DNA of 64,000 bases from Polaromonas sp. GTDB lineage: Bacteria; Pseudomonadota; Gammaproteobacteria; Burkholderiales; Burkholderiaceae_C. The translations under genes were made by a program, and so were the position numbers. The stretch spans positions 31,359 to 95,358 of the forward strand of contig JAAFIP010000015.1 of assembly GCA_013297865.1 (NCBI GenBank), written 5' to 3'. Below are positions 48,813 to 58,668 of this stretch, piece by piece (within the stretch, counting starts at the first letter, position 1; each line of letters opens with the position of its first letter). The notes beneath the pieces were generated by a model. The model did not search any database, was not told the DNA's origin, and saw nothing but the letters and a program-made list of their open reading frames with translations.

Positions 48813-51062
48813 TTATTTAGTATCAAAATTGGTTGCGCCGTCCCACGCGGGATCAATAGGCAACATACGCATAGAGGCTACACGCTCTGAGTACAGTTGG
48901 TAAAGGTATTTTTTGGCATTTACGCGCTGCAAATTAAGTATTTGTACATCGCATTGCTCCCAGTCCTGGTTTCTGTAGGCCTTAAGTAAGCCATTCCAGA
49001 TTTTCAGCTCGTCGGCCTGATCTTTGCCCAGATGGTCAGCGCTGGCCACGGGCATGAAGATGGAAACGGCCTGTTCCTTGCCCTTGACGCGCACTTTGTC
49101 CAGCTCCTGCCAGGCAAAATCAGGCGCCAGCCTGCGGGTGGACTCACTCACCACAATCTCCACGCCATAGTTTTTGGACAGTCCTTCCAGCCGCGAGCCC
49201 AGGTTGACGGCGTCGCCAATGACGGTATAGCTTTTGCGGATCGACGAGCCCATGTCGCCTACGCACATATTGCCCGTGTTCAGGCCAATGCCGATGCCGA
49301 TGGCGGGCAAGCCCTTGGCCTCGTGCTCGGCATTGAGGGTGCGCACGGCCTGCGCCATCTCGATGGCGGTTTTTACCGCCAGCGAGGCGTGCTGTGGCGA
49401 GTCCACTGGCGCGCCCCAAAACGCCATCACGCAGTCGCCCATGTATTTGTCGATGGTGCCCCGATTGGCGCGGATCAGGTCGGTCAGGCGGCTGAAGACA
49501 GTGTTCAGCAGGGCCTGCAGCTGGGTGGGCTCCATGTTCTCAGACAGCTTGGTAAAGCCGCGCATGTCACAGAACATGACGGTCAGCTCCTTGCTGGCGG
49601 CCTTCATGTTGTAACTGTCGGGGTCTTTGACCATTTCATCGACCAGCTCGGGCGGCACATAGGTGCCAAACAGGTTGGCGATCTGGCGCTTGGATTTGCT
49701 CTCGACAAAATAGCCGTAACTCATGTTGAGCGCAAAGGCCGTCAGCGACATGATCAACGCCGCAGCCAGGGGCAACACCAGACCATAGCCCAGGTACATC
49801 CAGAAATTCAGGCCCACTACTGCGCCGATTACCAGCAAGCTCAGCGCGACAGCCTTGGGCGCAGACAGCATCGGCAGCGCAATGGCCAGAATCAGGCCGG
49901 CGAGCACCAGCACCACCACCTCAAAACCAATGGCGTAATCAGGCCGCACAGGCACACGGCCATCAAGCAGGCCAGAGATCATGTTGGCATGCACCTCTAC
50001 CCCCGGGTAGGTCTCGCCCACGGGGGTGACGCGCAGGTCCAGCAGGCCGGGGGCTGTGGTGCCCAGCAGCACGATCCGGTCTTTGAGCGCACCCGCAGGC
50101 ACCCGCTGCATCACCACATCCGAGGCAGAGTAGTATTTGAAGGAGCCGCCAGTCGTGTTGCCCGGGCCCCGAAACGGGATCAAAGCGGAGACTTTGTCAT
50201 CCACCGGAATGGCCAGGCTCTTGCCGTCCTGGCGCAGCAAAATGCTCTCCAGTCCCTGGTAATTGCGTGCCAGAAAGCGCTCTTGTGGAAAGCCCGGCTC
50301 GATTTTGGGCAAACCGGTGAGCATGCGGAAAATGCCCAGCGACAGAGATTCGTAATACTGCCCCTTGTGCTCCGCCACCAGCGGGATGGATCGCACCACA
50401 CCGTCGAGGTCAGTAATGGAGTTGAAAAACCCGGCCATGGGCGCTGCTTTGGCCAGGGACTCAATATTGGAGCCAAAGCCCGACCAACTGGTGAATTTGA
50501 TGGGCTTGCCTTGCAATGCGTCACGCTGCATCACGGGGGCAGGCAGCGCGCCGCTGGTGCGGCCATCGCGGTCACTGGTGAAGTAGTAGCCCATCACTAC
50601 GGCGCGTTTATCTAGAGACTTGGCAAATGCGGCGTCGTAGTCCAGGCTGTTTTCAATCTGTCCCAGACGCTCGGCAAACCCGGCCTGGTCCTTGAGCTCG
50701 TTGCTGGCCAGCTGGCGCAGGCGCTTGAGACCCGAGCTCTCGTCGGCTTCCGCAAACACCACGTCAAAACCCAAAATGGCGATTTTCTGGCGCTCGAACA
50801 GCTCATCCACCAGGGTGGCCATTTTGTTGCGGCCCCAGGGCCAGCGGCCGACTTCGGCCAGGCTTTTCTCGTCAATGTCGATGATCGCAATGCGCTCATC
50901 CAGGGTCTTGGGCATGGTCGCGCTCAGGCGCGAGTCGTAGATGATGTCATCCAGACGCTGGAAGACATTGATGGGCAACATGCCGCTGGCGTGCAGCAAG
51001 GCAATGACTAGGGGGATAAGTGTGACGGCGATGCGGCGCCAATGTTTCAGCAGCACCTGCAT
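48813..51062 (-). CDS. CHASE2-domain class III adenylate cyclase
   Basis: IDIDEKSL..GRWPW.R (CHASE2), 3 TM, FCDMRGFT, DKYMGD, YTVIGDAVNLGSRLEG. Confidence 0.93.
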   Translation of the reverse strand: MQVLLKHWRRIAVTLIPLVIALLHASGMLPINVFQRLDDIIYDSRLSATMPKTLDERIAIIDIDEKSLAEVGRWPWGRNKMATLVDELFERQKIAILGFDVVFAEADESSGLKRLRQLASNELKDQAGFAERLGQIENSLDYDAAFAKSLDKRAVVMGYYFTSDRDGRTSGALPAPVMQRDALQGKPIKFTSWSGFGSNIESLAKAAPMAGFFNSITDLDGVVRSIPLVAEHKGQYYESLSLGIFRMLTGLPKIEPGFPQERFLARNYQGLESILLRQDGKSLAIPVDDKVSALIPFRGPGNTTGGSFKYYSASDVVMQRVPAGALKDRIVLLGTTAPGLLDLRVTPVGETYPGVEVHANMISGLLDGRVPVRPDYAIGFEVVVLVLAGLILAIALPMLSAPKAVALSLLVIGAVVGLNFWMYLGYGLVLPLAAALIMSLTAFALNMSYGYFVESKSKRQIANLFGTYVPPELVDEMVKDPDSYNMKAASKELTVMFCDMRGFTKLSENMEPTQLQALLNTVFSRLTDLIRANRGTIDKYMGDCVMAFWGAPVDSPQHASLAVKTAIEMAQAVRTLNAEHEAKGLPAIGIGIGLNTGNMCVGDMGSSIRKSYTVIGDAVNLGSRLEGLSKNYGVEIVVSESTRRLAPDFAWQELDKVRVKGKEQAVSIFMPVASADHLGKDQADELKIWNGLLKAYRNQDWEQCDVQILNLQRVNAKKYLYQLYSERVASMRMLPIDPAWDGATNFDTK

Positions 51063-51156
51063 ACCGTCTCCTATGGTGCAATGGGGTCGTGATGGGGCTC
51101 AGGCAGACAGGTCAATCCAGCGGCCTTGGCATCAAGGCGACGCAGAGGGGCCCGCC

Positions 51157-51798
51157 TCAGCCTTGGACAAACTGCATCTGAGTGCCAGCAAGCTCGAGAA
51201 CATCCATGTCTTTAAGTGTGACAGGCTCCGCGCCAATAGGCGCACCGTTGAGCGTGGGCTTGTTGGAGCCTTCCACATGGGCCACCACAAAGCCATGGGG
51301 GCGCTTGGTAATGGCAGCAACGGCCACACCGGGCTTGCCAATCGTAGTGACTACCTTGACCAGAGGCACTTCGCGGCCGGCAGCGGCACCTGAGAGCACC
51401 TTGATGGCCGCATTGACCGAAGGCGCAGCAGCAGCACTGGCCGCAGGCGGCATGGCGACACCGGCAGAACCGGGTTTGACGACCATCGTCTGCTCAAAAC
51501 TCGCATTGGCCGCTTCGTTGACAAATTTGATCTTATATTTGCCGATTTCAACAGTATCGTTGTTTGCCAACAACTGTTTTTTGGCAGCTTTGCCGTTGAC
51601 ATAGGTGCCATTGGTGCTGTTGAGGTCTTCCAGGTACACCTCATTGCCCGTCATCTGCATGACGGCGTGCTCGCCACTGACGGCCAGATTGTCGATGACA
51701 ATGTCGTTGTAAGGACGCCGTCCCAGGGTGGTACGGTCCTTCGTTAGCTGGACTTCCTTGATGACGACACCGTCGATCGATACGATCATTTTCGGCAT
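51157..51798 (-). CDS. FHA-domain protein (canonical plus degenerate FHA)
   Basis: LGRRPYND, VSGEHA, DLNSTNGT; second domain TIGKPG..LNG..L.D.D.LELAG. Confidence 0.9.
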   Translation of the reverse strand: MPKMIVSIDGVVIKEVQLTKDRTTLGRRPYNDIVIDNLAVSGEHAVMQMTGNEVYLEDLNSTNGTYVNGKAAKKQLLANNDTVEIGKYKIKFVNEAANASFEQTMVVKPGSAGVAMPPAASAAAAPSVNAAIKVLSGAAAGREVPLVKVVTTIGKPGVAVAAITKRPHGFVVAHVEGSNKPTLNGAPIGAEPVTLKDMDVLELAGTQMQFVQG

Positions 51799-51832
51799 GG
51801 CCGACTCCTGTTGATATAGCTATACATTTATT

Positions 51833-52618
51833 CTACTTTCTCAGTAAGCGCGACATCAAGCCACGCTTGTTTGAGCCTTCTTTGGCCTGCATCAGCAGCA
51901 CCGTAATATTATCCCTGCCACCAGCCTCATTGGCCGCTGCAATCAAGGTATTGCACTTTTGCTCCAGCGTCTCATCGTTACGCAAGATCTGTGCAATGCC
52001 GTCGTCGTCCACCATGTCAGACAGGCCATCAGAACACATCAAGTACAGATCGCCAACCTCCACGCGGTGCTCATTGACTTCCAGCAACACCGTGTCTTCC
52101 ACGCCCAGTGCGCGGGTGACCAGGTTTTTGTTCAGCGATGTAGCAGCCTGCTCAGGAGTGATTAAGCCTGCATCAAGCTGTTCCTGCAAGAGCGAATGGT
52201 CCCTGGTGATCTGGCTGAACTCCTCGCCACGCAGGCGATAGCAGCGCGAATCGCCAATATGGCCGAGCATCAGGCGTGCTTCGTGGCACACCCCCACCAC
52301 CAGCGTGGTGCCCATGCCGGCGTACTGCGGATTGGAGTTGGCAGCATTGAAGATCGAACGATTGGCGTTGTCCACGCAGATTTCCAGCGCGCGGCGCACT
52401 TCGCGGGCATTGGCGGTTTTGCCCACCTGCGACAGCCAGCGGCTGAGTTCGGAGCGGATAAACGCGGTGGCCATGCCACTGGCGACTTCGCCAGCGTTAT
52501 AGCCGCCCATGCCATCGGCTAGGACGGCCAGCTGGGTGGGTGCATCAAAAGTGACCGAATCCTCGTTGTTGTCTCGCGCGAGTCCGGGGTCGGTATGGGT
52601 ACAAAATTGGTAAATCAT
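51833..52618 (-). CDS. PP2C-type Ser/Thr phosphatase (Stp1-like)
   Basis: NNED, ADGMGG, HIGDSR, CSDGL, GGRDNIT. Confidence 0.94.
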   Translation of the reverse strand: MIYQFCTHTDPGLARDNNEDSVTFDAPTQLAVLADGMGGYNAGEVASGMATAFIRSELSRWLSQVGKTANAREVRRALEICVDNANRSIFNAANSNPQYAGMGTTLVVGVCHEARLMLGHIGDSRCYRLRGEEFSQITRDHSLLQEQLDAGLITPEQAATSLNKNLVTRALGVEDTVLLEVNEHRVEVGDLYLMCSDGLSDMVDDDGIAQILRNDETLEQKCNTLIAAANEAGGRDNITVLLMQAKEGSNKRGLMSRLLRK

Positions 52619-52647
52619 GGTATAGCCGGGGCCTACTATAACGAGTT

Positions 52648-55386
52648 TTAGCTATGAGTCCCCGAATTGGGAGGGGGCGCGACTATGGTTTTCTCGAACT
52701 TTGAAGGCTCAGGCGTGAATTTTTGCGTTGCAGCAAAACCATCTGGACTGGTTTTGGACACTGCTGGCGCGCTCATGATACGGGTGGGCTCTTCTGCGTC
52801 TGCGCTGGCGACAACAGGACGCGGGCTGGCTACTGTCTGGGGCTGGGTATCGCCCACACCCATCTCGGCGATGGCCAGGCGCAGATCGCTGGCCAGTTGC
52901 TCGCCATCCTGGTAGCGCGTCTCAGGGCGTTTGCTCAGTGCGCGCATCACCACATGGGCTACTCGCTCGCTCAGGTCGGCTCGGATGGCGCGTACATCGG
53001 GGGCTTCTTCGTTGGCGATTTTGTACATCAGCTCAGCCATTGAGTCACCACGGAACGGCAGCACGCCAGCAAGCATCTGGAAAAGCATCACGCCCAGGGA
53101 ATACAGGTCTGAGCGCCCGTCGACTTTTTTGCCCGCAATCTGCTCGGGTGACATGAAGCTGGGGGTGCCCAGCACCAGACCGGTTTTGGTTTTGCTGGAG
53201 TCGGTAATGCGTGCAATGCCAAAGTCGGTCACCTTGACCGTGTCGCTGTCCAGCTCATACATGATGTTGGCAGGCTTGATGTCACGGTGCACCACATTCT
53301 GGCGGTGTGCATAAGCCAGCGCCTGCGCCACGCGCTCCACAATCGACAGCACCTTGGCCACCGGCAGCAAACTGCCTTGTTTGCAGAAATCCACCAGGTC
53401 TTTGCCTTTGAGAAACTCCATGGCGATGTAGGCCAGATCATGCTCTTCGCCCGCATCAAAAATCGTCACGATGTTCTGGTGCTGCAGGCGCCCTGCGGTT
53501 TCTGCCTCGCGGAAGAAGCGCTCACGCGCATCAATCAGCTCATCCCCATCGAACTCCTGCGACAAGGCCATGGTCTTGATAGCCACAACGCGGCCAATCT
53601 TGGGGTCCTTGCCCAGATAGACCACCCCCATCGCGCCCTTGCCCAGTTCTTTTTCGACCTGGTAACGGCCCAGCATGGGTTTCTCCACGCCGCCGCCGTC
53701 CAGTAGCATGGTGCCGCCAGGGTGCGCGCCTGTGCCACCGAGGATGACGGTTTCCGAGAGGTTTTTGGCACGGCTGAGTTTGGCATCCAGCCCTTTGTAG
53801 CTGCGGTCCAGCCCGGCCATGTGCTCATACACCGCCTGGGCCTTGTTGAACTGGCGCTTGCGCTCAAAATCCAGCGCCAGATTGCCCAGGTTACCCATCA
53901 GGGCGTCACTCACCGGCACGCGGCGAAAACGGTCAAATGCCATGTCCAGCTGGCCTTGGCCCTGCAACGCCAGGCCCATCATGCGGTTGGTCTCGGCAGA
54001 CTCCTCATCGCTTTTAACTTTGCCTGCTTCGGTGAACAGGAAACGTTTGGTGGTCAGCGCCAGGTGGCCGATCACCAGCAGCATGGCGGGAAACACCAGC
54101 TTGAGCCACTTGCTGTTTTGCGAGAGCAGCACATATTCAGCGATCAAAAACAGCGCGAACACTGCGCCCGTCATGACCGCGCCCTGGCCTGCAGACAGGC
54201 GCGGCAGCAGCACAATCAGATAGGCCATGGTCAACAGCACGGCCAGACCGGAGGTGATGTAAGCCCATGAGGGCGTGCTGACGAAGTGCTCAGACAGAAT
54301 GCCCGAGGTGACATGGGCCGTGAGCTCTACCGGGGTCATGGAGCGGCCCAGCGGCGTGGGAAACTCCACACCCAAACCTGCTGCGGTAGGGCCGAGCAGC
54401 ACGATTTTGTTGGCGTATTTGCTGGCTTGTACTTTGCCAGACAGCACATCAAAGGCAGAGTCGGTGGCAAATGCGGTCTTGCCATCGCGGTCGGCGTAGA
54501 AGAAGGGGCGCATCAAGGCCGCGCCGCCTTCGTCAGTACCAATGCGCAGCTTGCCCAGCTGAATTTCAAACGGATTGTCGTTCACACGGATGTCAGCCGG
54601 GCCCAGATTGAGACTGCGGGCTGCCGCCAAAAGCGCTATCGAGGGAACAAGCTGGCCGTAGTAGTTGGTAAGCAAAGGCTCGCTGCGTATCGCGCCGTCA
54701 ATATCTGCCACCTTGCTGGCATGCCCGATGCCAATGGCCTTGCTGCCCAAAATCTCCAGCGGCTCCAAAATACCGGCCGCCTCTACGCCCAGCAGTGTGG
54801 CAGGCGCGGCAACCAGGCTTTTGGTGGTGCCCGGGCTCAGGGGTTTGTCTGGCTTGCCACGGGCTTCACCCGGCGTGAAAGACGCCGCCAGAATGACCTT
54901 GTTGGATGCCGCAATCGACTGCGCCAGTTTGGCGTCACTGTTGAGTGCTTCTTCACCCTCGGTGGCGATCTTGTTGACCGCCTCCAGCGTGGAGTTGCTG
55001 GCCGAGGGGTCGATGGCCAGCGCCTCGCGGATCTTGCGCAGATAGGGCAAGCCGCGCTCCATCTGCGGCTCAAAATAGAACACGGTGTTGACGATGGACT
55101 TGGGTGCGCCGGAGTTGATTTTGTCGATCAGCTGGGCCTGCACATCGCGCGACCAGGGCCAGCGACCGATATTGGCAATGCTTTGGTCATCAATGGCGAT
55201 GATGGCGATCTGGTCAGAAGGCTTTTTGTTGGCCGCGCTGAGGGATACGTCGTAGAAGCGGTTTTCAAACGTATCTACAAAGTTGGTACTTTTGTAGAGC
55301 AGCAGTACGCCAAGCACCACCAGGACGCCCACAAACCAGTCGGAGCGCCAGAATTGGCTACGTTTTGAAGAAGATCCTGTCCCCAC
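52648..55386 (-). CDS. CHASE2-domain Hanks-type Ser/Thr kinase
   Basis: IDDQSI..GRWPWSR, 3 TM, GKGAMG, VAIK, HRDIKPAN, DFG, GTPSFMSPE. Confidence 0.94.
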   Translation of the reverse strand: MGTGSSSKRSQFWRSDWFVGVLVVLGVLLLYKSTNFVDTFENRFYDVSLSAANKKPSDQIAIIAIDDQSIANIGRWPWSRDVQAQLIDKINSGAPKSIVNTVFYFEPQMERGLPYLRKIREALAIDPSASNSTLEAVNKIATEGEEALNSDAKLAQSIAASNKVILAASFTPGEARGKPDKPLSPGTTKSLVAAPATLLGVEAAGILEPLEILGSKAIGIGHASKVADIDGAIRSEPLLTNYYGQLVPSIALLAAARSLNLGPADIRVNDNPFEIQLGKLRIGTDEGGAALMRPFFYADRDGKTAFATDSAFDVLSGKVQASKYANKIVLLGPTAAGLGVEFPTPLGRSMTPVELTAHVTSGILSEHFVSTPSWAYITSGLAVLLTMAYLIVLLPRLSAGQGAVMTGAVFALFLIAEYVLLSQNSKWLKLVFPAMLLVIGHLALTTKRFLFTEAGKVKSDEESAETNRMMGLALQGQGQLDMAFDRFRRVPVSDALMGNLGNLALDFERKRQFNKAQAVYEHMAGLDRSYKGLDAKLSRAKNLSETVILGGTGAHPGGTMLLDGGGVEKPMLGRYQVEKELGKGAMGVVYLGKDPKIGRVVAIKTMALSQEFDGDELIDARERFFREAETAGRLQHQNIVTIFDAGEEHDLAYIAMEFLKGKDLVDFCKQGSLLPVAKVLSIVERVAQALAYAHRQNVVHRDIKPANIMYELDSDTVKVTDFGIARITDSSKTKTGLVLGTPSFMSPEQIAGKKVDGRSDLYSLGVMLFQMLAGVLPFRGDSMAELMYKIANEEAPDVRAIRADLSERVAHVVMRALSKRPETRYQDGEQLASDLRLAIAEMGVGDTQPQTVASPRPVVASADAEEPTRIMSAPAVSKTSPDGFAATQKFTPEPSKFEKTIVAPPPNSGTHS

Positions 55387-55567
55387 GGCCCGCCCCTTTG
55401 CGAGATGTCAACGCGCAGTCTCAAGTTGCGGCGCCAAGTTATTACTGCTGGCGAAATTTTTACCAGGCCCCAACATTACCAGAGCGGATATGCCCAGACA
55501 AGGGAGTTTGTCACAAAACGCCTGTTTTCTGTTGCAAATAGGCGCCACCGAGCCGGCCGCACAAAGC

Positions 55568-55593
55568 ATCAGGGCCTGCGAACGGGCCCTGAT
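55568..55593 (-). terminator. Hairpin after terC (possible terminator)
   Basis: atcagggcc...ggccctgat, short U run. Confidence 0.45.
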
Positions 55594-55615
55594 AGCAGGG
55601 TACAAACAGTTCAGT

Positions 55616-56311
55616 TTAAGCGGCGGCTTGGCTGCGCTTTTGCATCCACAGGCCCAGGCTGACGACAATGGCAGCGCCCACCACGCCAGCGAACAGGATG
55701 GTCTGCTCACCCATCTTGCCGAACCAGCCCACAAAAGCCGGGTCGGTCAGCAGCATTTCGCCGGCCAGGAAGCCCAGCAGCGCAGCACCCAAGGTGATGA
55801 TGATGGGGAAACGTTCCATGATTTTCATCAGCAGGGTGGAGCCAAAAATGATCAGGGGAATGCTGACCAGCAGACCCAGCACGAGCAAGGCCGTGCTGCC
55901 CTTGGCCGCAGCAGCGACGGCGAGCACGTTGTCCAGGCTCATCACCAGGTCAGCAATCAGGATGGTGCGGATCGCAGCGCCCAGACCGTTGATTTCCTTG
56001 CCGTGGCTGTCATCGTCACCGCCACCGCTGAGCAAATCTACGCCAATATAGACCAGCAGCACTGCACCGATGATCTTCAAATAGGGCAGTGCGAGCAGTT
56101 GAACAGCGACCACTGTCAAAATAATACGCATCACAATGGCGGCAGCGCTGCCCCAGAAGATGGCTTTATTTTGGTGCTCGGGCTTGAGGGACCGGGCAGC
56201 CATCGCAATGACTACGGCGTTGTCGCCCGATAAAACGATGTTGGCCAGCATGATGGAGCCCAAAGCGCTCCACATCGCAGCAGATGAAATATCGAGTCCG
56301 AAAAACACCAT
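55616..56311 (-). CDS. TerC family (YjbE-like) membrane protein
   Basis: IVLSGDNAVVI, ADLVMSLDNVLAVAAAA; RBS aagga. Confidence 0.92.
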   Translation of the reverse strand: MVFFGLDISSAAMWSALGSIMLANIVLSGDNAVVIAMAARSLKPEHQNKAIFWGSAAAIVMRIILTVVAVQLLALPYLKIIGAVLLVYIGVDLLSGGGDDDSHGKEINGLGAAIRTILIADLVMSLDNVLAVAAAAKGSTALLVLGLLVSIPLIIFGSTLLMKIMERFPIIITLGAALLGFLAGEMLLTDPAFVGWFGKMGEQTILFAGVVGAAIVVSLGLWMQKRSQAAA

Positions 56312-56483
56312 GTCTTGTATCCTTGTTGTAGTTGCACCGAAAAAAAGCGCTTCAGGCAGGGCCAGCACTTTTAGTCACCCGCTGGAGCAACAACGAGTGT
56401 AAACGGCGATACACGCCATGGTGTGCGTAAAACTGCTTACCGTTGGGATGGCGTCAGCCATCCCTGCTGGCACCAGCTCTGGC

Positions 56484-57377
56484 CTAGAGCATCGCCTTCA
56501 GCAGCTTGGCCATCTCGGACGGGTTGCGTGTGACTTTAAAGCCGCACTCTTCCATCACCGCCAGCTTGGCGTCTGCCGTGTCAGCGCCGCCGCTGATCAG
56601 CGCGCCGGCATGGCCCATGCGCTTGCCTGCGGGGGCGGTAACGCCCGCGATAAAGCCGACGATGGGCTTTTTCATGTTGGCTTTGCACCAGCGGGCAGCG
56701 TCTGCCTCGTCCGGGCCGCCGATCTCGCCAATCATGATGACAGCGTCGGTGTCCGGGTCGTCGTTGAAGGCCTTCATCACGTCGATGTGCTTCAGACCGT
56801 TGATCGGGTCGCCACCGATGCCCACTGCGCTGGACTGGCCCAGGCCGATTTCGGTCAGCTGCGCCACGGCTTCGTAGGTGAGCGTGCCTGAGCGCGAGAC
56901 CACGCCAATGCGGCCCTTGCGGTGGATGTGGCCGGGCATGATGCCAATCTTGATTTCATCTGGTGTGATCAGGCCCGGGCAGTTGGGGCCCAGCAGCAAG
57001 GTGCGCTTGCCGCCAGCGGCTTCTTTGGCCTTCATGCGGTTGCGCACTTCCAGCATGTCACGCACGGGGATGCCCTCGGTGATGCAAATCGCCAGGTCCA
57101 GGTCGGCTTCGACAGCTTCCCAGATGGCCGCGGCAGCGCCTGCGGGCGGCACATAGATCACGCTGACCGTAGCGCCGGTGGTGGCAGCAGCTTCTTTGAC
57201 CGATGCGTAGATCGGGATGTTGAAAATCGACTCGCCCGCCTTCTTGGGGTTTACGCCCGCGACGAAGCAGTTTTTGCCGTTGGCGTATTCCTGGCACTTC
57301 TCGGTGTGAAACTGGCCGGTCTTGCCGGTGATGCCTTGGGTGATGACTTTGGTGTTTTTGTTGATGTAAATACTCAT
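56484..57377 (-). CDS. sucD: Succinyl-CoA synthetase alpha subunit
   Basis: QGITG, GPNCPG, SRSGTLTYE, RMGHAGA. Confidence 0.97.
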   Translation of the reverse strand: MSIYINKNTKVITQGITGKTGQFHTEKCQEYANGKNCFVAGVNPKKAGESIFNIPIYASVKEAAATTGATVSVIYVPPAGAAAAIWEAVEADLDLAICITEGIPVRDMLEVRNRMKAKEAAGGKRTLLLGPNCPGLITPDEIKIGIMPGHIHRKGRIGVVSRSGTLTYEAVAQLTEIGLGQSSAVGIGGDPINGLKHIDVMKAFNDDPDTDAVIMIGEIGGPDEADAARWCKANMKKPIVGFIAGVTAPAGKRMGHAGALISGGADTADAKLAVMEECGFKVTRNPSEMAKLLKAML

Positions 57378-57426
57378 GATGGATCCTTGTCAAAACGCGA
57401 TGGAGGATGCGTGCCTTTTCAAGCGG

Positions 57427-57503
57427 CCACCTCGGAACCGGCTCTGCCGGGCCGATGGTGGCGCCCCCTGGAGGGGGAGGCGCCGCAGGCGCATCGGGGG
57501 TGG
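57427..57503. repeat. GC-rich multi-hairpin intergenic element
   Basis: ccacc-tcgg..ccggc/gccgg..ccga-t-ggtgg; ccccct/aggggg; gcgcc/ggcgc. Confidence 0.5.
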
Positions 57504-57504
57504 G

Positions 57505-58668
57505 TCATTTAGCTACAGCGGCGACGACTTTCTGGGCCGCCTCAGCCATGCTGTCAGCACTGATGATGGGCAGGCCAGAGTCCTTGAGCATTTGTTTGCC
57601 CAGCTCTTCGTTGGTGCCTTTCATGCGCACGACCAGGGGCACGCTCAGGTTGGTGGCTTTACAGGCAGTGATGATGCCGGTGGCAATGGTGTCGCACTTC
57701 ATGATGCCGCCAAAGATGTTGACCATGATGGCCTTGACCTTGGGGTTTTTCAGCATGATCTTGAAAGCTTCGGTCACTTTCTCGGGTGTAGCGCCACCGC
57801 CGACATCCAGGAAGTTGGCAGGCTCTGCGCCATACAGCTTGATGGTGTCCATGGTGGCCATGGCCAGGCCTGCGCCGTTGACCAGGCAGCCGATGTTGCC
57901 GTCCAGCGAAATGTAGGCCAGGTCGAATTTGGAGGCTTCGATCTCGGCCGGGTCTTCTTCGTCCAGGTCGCGCAGGGCAACGATTTCGGGGTGGCGGAAC
58001 AGCGCGTTGCTGTCAAAGTTGAACTTGGCGTCCAGCGCCTTGATGCCGCCATTGCCTTCCAGGATCAGCGGGTTGATCTCGACCAGTGCTGCGTCGGTAT
58101 CCATATAGCACTTGTAGAGCTTTTGCAGCACGTCCACGCAGGCAGCGGTGGAGGCGGCGGGCACGGTCATGCCGTCGGAGAGCGTTTTGCCCTGCTCGGC
58201 GGTCAGGCCGATGGCGGGGTCTACAAACACGGTGATGATTTTCTCGGGCGTGTCGTGCGCCACGGCTTCAATGTCCATGCCGCCTTCGCTGCTGGCCATG
58301 AACACCACTTTCTGCGTAGCGCGGTCGGTCACTACGGAGACATAGAGTTCTTTTTTGATGTCGGCGCCATCTTCGATGAACAGGCGGCGCACTTTTTGGC
58401 CTTCAGGGCCGGTTTGCACGGTTTTGAGCTGCATGCCCAAAATCTCACCGGAGAGCTTTTTGACATCATCAATGCTGCGAGCCAGCTTGACGCCGCCGCC
58501 CTTGCCGCGGCCACCCGCGTGGATCTGTGCCTTGACCACCCAGACTGGGCCGCCCAGCTTCTGTGCGGCTTCCACCGCTTCTTGCACGGTGAATGCAGGG
58601 ATGCCGCGCGGGACGGGAATGCCAAAAGAGCGCAAGATGTCCTTGCCTTGGTACTCATGGATTTTCAT
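57505..58668 (-). CDS. sucC: Succinyl-CoA synthetase beta subunit
   Basis: [36 protein letters not shown]. Confidence 0.97.
   Translation of the reverse strand: MKIHEYQGKDILRSFGIPVPRGIPAFTVQEAVEAAQKLGGPVWVVKAQIHAGGRGKGGGVKLARSIDDVKKLSGEILGMQLKTVQTGPEGQKVRRLFIEDGADIKKELYVSVVTDRATQKVVFMASSEGGMDIEAVAHDTPEKIITVFVDPAIGLTAEQGKTLSDGMTVPAASTAACVDVLQKLYKCYMDTDAALVEINPLILEGNGGIKALDAKFNFDSNALFRHPEIVALRDLDEEDPAEIEASKFDLAYISLDGNIGCLVNGAGLAMATMDTIKLYGAEPANFLDVGGGATPEKVTEAFKIMLKNPKVKAIMVNIFGGIMKCDTIATGIITACKATNLSVPLVVRMKGTNEELGKQMLKDSGLPIISADSMAEAAQKVVAAVAK

Noticed and set aside
49032..50615. Long antisense or alternate-frame ORFs (49032-50615, 57376-58677, 11602-12840, 4290-5354 and others)
   Set aside because: They are shadow ORFs of high-GC genes with no motifs, lying opposite well-supported CDSs.
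47984..51062. Cyclase plus MBL-fold protein as a Pycsar/CBASS or anti-defence module
   Set aside because: The cyclase is a membrane CHASE2 enzyme with ATP-specifying residues, there is no cNMP-binding TM/TIR effector, and codon usage is mostly host-like.
51157..55386. Kinase/PP2C/FHA as part of a type VI secretion cluster
   Set aside because: No tss, hcp or vgrG genes are in the window; the neighbours are a cyclase, a PDE and pilus genes.
56312..56480. yybP-ykoY Mn2+ riboswitch upstream of terC
   Set aside because: I could not see its GGGGAGUA-type consensus, so it is kept only as an unassigned hairpin candidate.
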